DNA of 46,717 nt from Marinobacter sp. (GTDB lineage: Bacteria; Pseudomonadota; Gammaproteobacteria; Pseudomonadales; Oleiphilaceae). Positions 37,889 to 46,717 of this stretch are shown here, piece after piece. Position 1 is the stretch's first letter. The number at the start of each line of letters is the position of its first letter. Position numbers and translations under genes: made by a program. The notes under the pieces were generated by a model. That model was not told where the DNA came from. It saw only the letters and a list, made by a program, of their open reading frames with translations, and ran no database searches. Location of the stretch: the NCBI GenBank assembly GCA_017643965.1, contig JAEPMM010000001.1, positions 1 to 46,717 of the forward strand, given 5' to 3'.

Positions 37889-38896
37889 TCAGGTCTGGCA
37901 GTGGAGATGGGTGGCCATGTCTTCCAGGAAATGCCAGGGCGAGCCAGGGTCGAAGCCCTTGGTGGCGCGATCAATGCTACTACACAGTTCCAGCGCTTTG
38001 TGCAGCTGTGGTCGGGAGAGGCGGCGCGCGGCCTGCTCCATGATGCGTGCCCGTTGAGGCTGAAACACGCCGCGCTGTTTGAGGAAGCCGGTGGGAGCCT
38101 CTCTGCGCGCCAGGGCGGCGCTCAGTTCCAGTGTCAGGTTCAGGTCACGGGTCAGAACTGCCAGTAGACCCAGCGGGTTCTCGCCCTCCTGCCGGAGCAC
38201 ACCGATCATCTTGCGGGCATGGGGCGCGCGGCCGGCAAGCAGCTCGGAAACCAGTTCAAAGCCATTGAAGCGGGAGCTGTCCTGCACCGCCTGTTCGATG
38301 GCCTCTTCATCAATGGTTTTTGCACCACCAAACAGCGCCAGACGATCGAGCTCCTGACTGGCGGCAAGCAGATTTCCCTCGAGCCGTTCCGCCAGCATGG
38401 CGAGTGCTCCGCGGGTAAGTTGCAATCCGCGGGCGGTGGCCCGCTGCTGCAGCCAGCCTGCAAACTTGTCTCCGTCCACTGGCCAGACCGGCACGTGAAC
38501 ACCCTTGTTTTGGAGCTCTTTGTACCATTTGCGCCGTGTTTCGGCAGCATCGAGCCGGGCGCTGATCAGTACCAGAATGATGTCCTCCGGGGGATCCTGG
38601 AGCACGCGTTCCAGCACGGCGCGGCCGTCTCCGAGTTTACCGGTGGGCAGATGTATCTCAATGCGGCGTTTTTCCGCAAACAAGGACAGCGCGCTGAATT
38701 CTTCGCCCACGGCGTTCCAGTCCAACTGGTGATCGGCGTGATAGGTCATGCGGTCGTGAAAACCGGCTGCGCGCGCGGCGGCCCGAACCTGGTCGCAGCT
38801 TTCCTGAACCAGCAGCGGTTCATCCCCGGAGATCAGATACACCGGTGCGAGGGACTTTTTCAATAGCTGCGGAAGTTGCGCCGGTTGGGTTTTCAT
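37889..38896 (-). CDS. holA: DNA polymerase III delta subunit
   Basis: YLISGDEPLL, SLFAEKR and EGNLLAASQE; leuS-lptE-holA gene order. Confidence 0.93.
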   Translation of the reverse strand: MKTQPAQLPQLLKKSLAPVYLISGDEPLLVQESCDQVRAAARAAGFHDRMTYHADHQLDWNAVGEEFSALSLFAEKRRIEIHLPTGKLGDGRAVLERVLQDPPEDIILVLISARLDAAETRRKWYKELQNKGVHVPVWPVDGDKFAGWLQQRATARGLQLTRGALAMLAERLEGNLLAASQELDRLALFGGAKTIDEEAIEQAVQDSSRFNGFELVSELLAGRAPHARKMIGVLRQEGENPLGLLAVLTRDLNLTLELSAALARREAPTGFLKQRGVFQPQRARIMEQAARRLSRPQLHKALELCSSIDRATKGFDPGSPWHFLEDMATHLHCQT

Positions 38897-38898
38897 GA

Positions 38899-39471
38899 TC
38901 AGCGGCTATCCTGGCTGCTTTCCTCTTCCGCCGCTTTCCGTATTTCGGCAATGCGTGCGTCGGTCAGGGGCGCGAGTCGGAAGATGATCTGCTGTGCCAG
39001 GCGGTCGAACAACTGCTGGCGAAGCTCCTGCTCCTCTCGCTGTTTGGCTAGTACGTTGGTTTCGTCGAACCGGTAGGTTTCGCTGCTATTGAGCCGGGTT
39101 TCGGTAATCAGCGGCAGGTCCTCGCGGGTCAGCACTTCGATAGTAACGATCTGGCGCAGCGTGTATTCGGCGGCTGCGGCCTGCGCCGTAATGGCACTGG
39201 CACGCCGGTCCTCATTAAAGCCCTGCAGGCGCAGAAGATAATCGGCTTCATCGGCTGAGCGCACATCGATGTCGCCAAGCTCGAGTTGTTGTTTCACCGC
39301 CTGGCAGAGCTCGACGGGGATCTGCTCAACACAGGATACTGCCAGCGGCTGGAGACCGGGCGGCACCGGCGGGGCGCCGCGCAACTGAAACCCGCACCCT
39401 GCCAGGGCAAGACTCAATGCTGCGATGCCGAAGAGGCGGGCAATCCCGGCGGTGTGGGTGTTCAGGGTCAT
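38899..39471 (-). CDS. lptE: LPS assembly lipoprotein LptE
   Basis: Lipobox LAGCGFQLRG; between leuS and holA. Confidence 0.9.
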   Translation of the reverse strand: MTLNTHTAGIARLFGIAALSLALAGCGFQLRGAPPVPPGLQPLAVSCVEQIPVELCQAVKQQLELGDIDVRSADEADYLLRLQGFNEDRRASAITAQAAAAEYTLRQIVTIEVLTREDLPLITETRLNSSETYRFDETNVLAKQREEQELRQQLFDRLAQQIIFRLAPLTDARIAEIRKAAEEESSQDSR

Positions 39472-39472
39472 G

Positions 39473-42130
<2,658 letters not shown>

Positions 42131-42253
42131 TCATTCTAACGCACACAAGGGCTAACAGGTAGTCTGCCAATTTCCCGATCCTGTGCCAGACTTAGAGCAG
42201 TGGTGCAGGTCGCCCTGCCTGCCGACGTCCCTCACGTTCAAAAGGAGTCACCG

Positions 42254-42805
42254 ATGACCGAGACTGAGCGTAACCACCTGTCCGGGAAAGCACTGGAAGT
42301 TTATGACCGCATGCTGGCAAGGGTGCAAGCACGCCTTAACGAGTTACAGGAGAAGTCGCTACAGACTCTGGAGCAAGAGGTCCGCAAAGCCGTTGAAGTG
42401 GAGTACGAACTGGAGGAGATGACGCGGGAAGAGGCGGATCTGCTCGGTGAATACCTGCAGCGCGATCTGCAGCATTTGTTGCACTTTGTCGATGAAACCG
42501 GCGAAGGGTTGAAAGAATGGCTGCAGATGGACATCGCGCTGCTGGAGCACGAGCTGTCAGACCGGTTGCTGTCGGTGGCCGACCAGACCCTGGTGGATAC
42601 CCTGGAGCTGAAACAGAAACTGGAAAATCAGGAAGTGGGCCACTACATCTCCGGGGAAGTGGCGACGGCCGGCATGTTCCAGTGCCTGAACTGCAACCAC
42701 ATGCGCTGCCTGACCGCGACCAGTCACCTGGAACCTTGCGAGGCCTGTGGCTCCCACTACTACGAGCGGGTAACCAGCCGCTGGCCGCGCAACCAGCCAG
42801 GCTGA
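42254..42805 (+). CDS. Zinc ribbon-containing protein (DUF1451-like)
   Basis: AAGGAG ribosome-binding site before ATG 42254; acidic helical N-terminus, then YISGEVATAG..CLNC...CEAC. Confidence 0.8.
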   Translation: MTETERNHLSGKALEVYDRMLARVQARLNELQEKSLQTLEQEVRKAVEVEYELEEMTREEADLLGEYLQRDLQHLLHFVDETGEGLKEWLQMDIALLEHELSDRLLSVADQTLVDTLELKQKLENQEVGHYISGEVATAGMFQCLNCNHMRCLTATSHLEPCEACGSHYYERVTSRWPRNQPG

Positions 42806-42837
42806 CCGCAGGTCGGATTACGCTTTGCTAATCCAAC

Positions 42838-44385
42838 TTACGGCTTTGGAATGATGCGCTCACGGACGAACACGATCAGGATGAGGGCCAGGGTCAGTAC
42901 CGGCCAGGAGCCCGTCAGCATGTAGGGTGTGTTACCACTGGCGGCGAACACTTCACCCCGCAGCGTGCCGCGGGTGAACTGGGGAATCGACTCGGTGATC
43001 TGGCCGTGCTGGTCTATCACCACCGTCATGCCGTTGTTGGTGCCCCGCAGCATGTAACGACCGGTTTCCAGCGCTCGCATGCGGGCAATCTGCAGGTGTT
43101 GTAGCGGGCCGATGGAGTCGCCGAACCAGCCATCGTTGCTGATGGTCAGCAGCATGTCGGTATTGCGGGCGTTGCGAGCGACAAAGTCCGGATACGCCAC
43201 CTCATAGCAGATGAACGGCATGATACGGTGGCCGTTGGCGATCAACGGGGATTGGTTGGCAGGCCCCCGGCTGAAACTGGACATGGGCAGATCAAAGAAG
43301 CCGATCAGCCCCCGCAGCCATTGTTGCAGCGGCACATACTCGCCGAACGGCACCAGTTTCTGCTTGTGGTACATACCTTCGCCGTTGCCGATGGCCATGA
43401 TGCTGTTGTGGAAGGTGAAATCCTCGATGCGATCGCTGAAGCCGTACCAGGGAATGCCGGTGATCAGCGTGCTGCTCTCGCCCAGTTCCTCGCCGATGTG
43501 GTCAATAATCTTGCCGGCGTTGTCCTGTGGAATGGGGATGGCGGTTTCCGGCCAGAGAATCAGATCGGTGTCCCAGTCCTCTTCGGTCAGGCCCAGATAC
43601 ACGATGATCTGATCCCGCAGGAAATCCGGATCCCACTTGATTTGCTGGGGAATGTTGCCCTGCATGGACGCGTAGCTGATGGATTCGTCGCTGACCTGAG
43701 TCCACTCCACCTTGGAAAGGGCCGGCCCGGTAACCCACGGCAGCAGCGCCACCACAGTAACTGTGGCGGCGCTGGCGGTGCGACGGTTCAGATACAACCA
43801 CCAGCAAGCGAAGAATGCCACGCCGGTGATGGTGACCCAGAACGTTACCCCGTGTACCCCGACCAGGGGGGCAAAGGCGCCGAGTGGTCCGTCCACGTGG
43901 GCAGTGCCGAGGTAGAGCCAGGGGAAGCCGGTCAGCAGCCAGCCCCGTACCCAGTCCCCAAAAATCCAGATGGCCGGGAACAGCAGCAACCGCCGCACAT
44001 AGCTTTCTTTCGCCAGTTTGCCCCAGCCCCAGAAGGCCAGCCCGTGAAACAGGGCCAGCCCGGCAACAAAGATTACGGTCAGCAGAAGGGATACCGGAAT
44101 GGAGGTGTTGCCGTGTTCGCTGATGCTGATATAGACCCAGCTGGCGCCACTGCCGAACAGCCCGAGGCCGATAAACCAGCCGGCGCGGAACAGTTTTTGC
44201 GGCGCCAGCGGCACGCAGGCCAACAGAATCAGTGCGACCGATACCGGCCCCAGCCACCACCAGTGGAAGGGCGAGAAGGTCAGGGTTTGCAGCCCGCCGG
44301 CCACCAGCAGGGTGGCAATCAGCAGCCAGCGGTTCTCTGACAGGCGGGTATCGGGCATTCGGGCCTGGGTGTCGTTATTGCTCAC
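42838..44385 (-). CDS. lnt: Apolipoprotein N-acyltransferase
   Basis: Multi-pass membrane N-terminus; WPETA, KLVPFGEYVP and ICYE catalytic triad motifs. Confidence 0.95.
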   Translation of the reverse strand: MSNNDTQARMPDTRLSENRWLLIATLLVAGGLQTLTFSPFHWWWLGPVSVALILLACVPLAPQKLFRAGWFIGLGLFGSGASWVYISISEHGNTSIPVSLLLTVIFVAGLALFHGLAFWGWGKLAKESYVRRLLLFPAIWIFGDWVRGWLLTGFPWLYLGTAHVDGPLGAFAPLVGVHGVTFWVTITGVAFFACWWLYLNRRTASAATVTVVALLPWVTGPALSKVEWTQVSDESISYASMQGNIPQQIKWDPDFLRDQIIVYLGLTEEDWDTDLILWPETAIPIPQDNAGKIIDHIGEELGESSTLITGIPWYGFSDRIEDFTFHNSIMAIGNGEGMYHKQKLVPFGEYVPLQQWLRGLIGFFDLPMSSFSRGPANQSPLIANGHRIMPFICYEVAYPDFVARNARNTDMLLTISNDGWFGDSIGPLQHLQIARMRALETGRYMLRGTNNGMTVVIDQHGQITESIPQFTRGTLRGEVFAASGNTPYMLTGSWPVLTLALILIVFVRERIIPKP

Positions 44386-45220
44386 TTCGGGTTACCTGCA
44401 GCAGACGGATGACTCGGTTATCAGCGTTCGCAATAGTAAATTGCAGCCCGCCAAATGCAACCGATTCGCCCCGTCTGGGCAGGTGACCGAATTCCTTCAG
44501 CACAACGCCACCGATGGTGTCGAACTCTTCTTCATCCAGCTCGGTCTTGAAAAACTCGTTGAAATCGTCAACCGGCGTGACGGCTTTGACGGCATAGGTG
44601 CCGTCGCCGCGGGCCTTGATGTGCGTTTCCTCGTCGAAATCGTGCTCGTCCTCGATCTCGCCGACGATCTGCTCCAGCACGTCCTCAATGGTGATCAGGC
44701 CAGCCGTTCCGCCGTATTCATCCACCACAATGGCCATGTGGTTGCGGTTTTCCTTGAACTCTTTCAGCAGCTGGTTCAAGCGCTTGCTTTCAGGCACGAA
44801 TGTGGGTGGCCGGAGGATTTCGCGGATGTGGTTCCAGTCCAGCTCGTTGTTCAGCGCCAGCGGCAGCAGGTCTTTGGCGAGCAACACGCCGATGACATCG
44901 TCCTGGCTGTCGCCAATCACCGGAAAACGGCTGTGGGCGGATGACATGATTTCGCCGAGGAATTCTTTGGGGTCCTGAGCCGCCCTGACAGTGACCATCT
45001 GGGAGCGGGGGATCATGATCTCATCCACCCGCATGTCGATGACCTGCATGGCGCCTTCGATGATGCTCATGGCATCGGCGTCGATAATGTCCTGGGATTC
45101 GGCATCCCGCAGGATTTCCAGCACGTCCTCTACGGACTCAGGCCCACTGGAAAAGGCCTGTGATATACGCTCCAGCCAGGACCTGTTGCCCTGACTGCGA
45201 CTCGACTGATCGTCGCTCAT
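44375..45220 (-). CDS. corC: CBS/CorC domain protein CorC (YbeX)
   Basis: MIPRSQM, HSRFPV and VDEYGGTAGLITIEDVLEQIVGEIEDEHD. Confidence 0.93.
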   Translation of the reverse strand: MSDDQSSRSQGNRSWLERISQAFSSGPESVEDVLEILRDAESQDIIDADAMSIIEGAMQVIDMRVDEIMIPRSQMVTVRAAQDPKEFLGEIMSSAHSRFPVIGDSQDDVIGVLLAKDLLPLALNNELDWNHIREILRPPTFVPESKRLNQLLKEFKENRNHMAIVVDEYGGTAGLITIEDVLEQIVGEIEDEHDFDEETHIKARGDGTYAVKAVTPVDDFNEFFKTELDEEEFDTIGGVVLKEFGHLPRRGESVAFGGLQFTIANADNRVIRLLQVTRSEQ

Positions 45221-45690
45221 GAGTCTTTTTCCGTTTCCTCTGATTCGTAAGGATTGCCATACCCGAGCTGCTCCAGCAGCCGGATCTCGAGGGCTTCCAT
45301 GACCTCGGCATCGTTGTCTTCAATGTGATCGTAGCCCTGGAGATGCAGCATGCCGTGCACCACCATGTGCGCCCAATGGGCCGCCAGCGCTTTATGCTGA
45401 TCTTTGGCTTCTTTTTCAACAACTGGCGCGCAAATGACGAGATCACCTGCCAACGGAACTGTTATACCCGCTGGCGCCTCAAATGGGAAGGACAGCACAT
45501 TGGTGGGGCCGCTTTTTCCCCGGTACTGGCTGTTCAGCTCCGCGCTCTCGTCAATGTCCACAATACGGATGGTCACTTCAGACGGATCGTCCGCCAGCCA
45601 CGCCTTACGGGCCCATTGTTCGAGCGCGTCGTCTGCGGGGATCCCAGCCGCTTCGGTCATTCGCTGTAAATCTACCGTCAGCTCGCTCAC
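45217..45690 (-). CDS. ybeY: rRNA maturation endoribonuclease YbeY
   Basis: PTNVLSFP, GDLVIC and HGMLHLQGYDH. Confidence 0.96.
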   Translation of the reverse strand: MSELTVDLQRMTEAAGIPADDALEQWARKAWLADDPSEVTIRIVDIDESAELNSQYRGKSGPTNVLSFPFEAPAGITVPLAGDLVICAPVVEKEAKDQHKALAAHWAHMVVHGMLHLQGYDHIEDNDAEVMEALEIRLLEQLGYGNPYESEETEKDS

Positions 45691-46670
45691 TGGCCGCTTG
45701 AACTCCTGTCGTCAAAGGAATCGTAGGCCTCAACAATGCGCTGCACCAATGGGTGACGCACCACATCCTTGGATTCAAAGCGGGTAAAGCCGATCCCGGA
45801 GACCTTGCTCAACACGCCAGCGGCGTGAATCAGGCCTGAGTTCTGCCCGCGGGGCAGGTCCACCTGGGTGGTGTCACCGGTGATCACCGCGGTGGAGCCG
45901 AAGCCGATGCGGGTCAGAAACATTTTCATCTGCTCGCGGGTGGTGTTCTGACTCTCGTCGAGGATGATGAACGAGTTGTTCAGCGTGCGTCCACGCATGA
46001 AGGCCAGGGGTGCAATCTCGATCACGCTTTTCTCGATCAATCGGGTGACCTGATCGAAGCCCAGCATTTCATAGAGTGCGTCGTACAAGGGGCGAAGGTA
46101 CGGGTCCACTTTCTGCGCCAGGTCGCCGGGCAGGAACCCGAGCTTTTCGCCCGCCTCCACGGCCGGGCGAACCAGCAGGATGCGTTTGACCTGCTCGTCT
46201 TTCAGCGCCTCCACCGCACAGGCCACCGCCAGCCAGGTCTTGCCGGTACCCGCCGGGCCGATGCCGAAGTTGATGTCGTGGGTGCGTATGCTGTGTACGT
46301 ACTTCTGCTGGTTGGCGCCACGGGGCTTGGCCTGCAGCTTGGGTGTCTTGATCACGGTGACCGAGCCATCGTAGGGGACGTCCTCGGGCAGCCGCTCGAA
46401 GCCGGTTTCGCGGATGAACAGGTGCACGGTATCGGGGGAGATGTCCTCCGTGGCTTCGGTTTCGCGATACAGATGGCGGATCACTTCCACCGCCGCAGCA
46501 ACGTGCTCGGTCTCGCCTTCGACCCGGAAATGGTGGTTACGCCGCCCGATGTTGACCCGCATACGCCGCTCAATATGCTTGAGGTGCTCATCAAACTGGC
46601 CGCAAAGCGTGGTCAGCCGCCGCTGATCAACCGGGTGCAGGTCAAATTGTCTGGAATCGTTGTCTTTCAA
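45687..46670 (-). CDS. ybeZ: PhoH-family ATPase (YbeZ)
   Basis: GPAGTGKT, RPAVEAGEKLGFLPGD, FMRGRT and DVVRHPLV. Confidence 0.93.
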   Translation of the reverse strand: MKDNDSRQFDLHPVDQRRLTTLCGQFDEHLKHIERRMRVNIGRRNHHFRVEGETEHVAAAVEVIRHLYRETEATEDISPDTVHLFIRETGFERLPEDVPYDGSVTVIKTPKLQAKPRGANQQKYVHSIRTHDINFGIGPAGTGKTWLAVACAVEALKDEQVKRILLVRPAVEAGEKLGFLPGDLAQKVDPYLRPLYDALYEMLGFDQVTRLIEKSVIEIAPLAFMRGRTLNNSFIILDESQNTTREQMKMFLTRIGFGSTAVITGDTTQVDLPRGQNSGLIHAAGVLSKVSGIGFTRFESKDVVRHPLVQRIVEAYDSFDDRSSSGQ

Positions 46671-46717
46671 AGGTGCTCCGTTGCTACTACTCCCTTGGCT
46701 TCCGGGGAGTCAGATTA

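Noticed and set aside
46671-46717. Possible 3' end of an upstream gene (miaB by usual synteny)
   Set aside because: Too little sequence in the window to support a call.

Overview
A GC-rich, gene-dense core-chromosome segment of a gammaproteobacterium. Protein sequences and gene order suggest a Marinobacter-like organism (inference). In order, it holds: the EF-P beta-lysylation cluster (epmB partial, efp, epmA), psd, motAB, rsgA, orn, queG, the nnr-tsaE-amiB-mutL-miaA-hfq-hflX-hflK-hflC super-operon, hisZ-purA, a minus-strand operon (hypothetical-srkA-hypothetical-cmoA-cmoB), an L-2-hydroxyglutarate-oxidase-like flavoprotein, comF divergent from bioBFHCD, a mini flagellar-axial-like protein plus a SprA-related HExxH protein, two tandem acyl-CoA dehydrogenases, an endonuclease I homologue, holA-lptE-leuS, a zinc-ribbon protein and lnt-corC-ybeY-phoH. 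I saw no rRNA, tRNA, CRISPR array, transposase, integrase or phage gene. The most unusual items are five. (1) A 113-bp palindromic element between rsgA and orn, whose 29-bp arms enclose two hairpins with CsrA/RsmA-consensus GGA loops on the minus strand. (2) A 1-bp frameshift in efp. (3) Two tandem BirA-type operators, one inside comF. (4) An endonuclease I with apparently altered metal ligands. (5) Two small uncharacterised gene modules. No large novel system is demonstrable from sequence alone.
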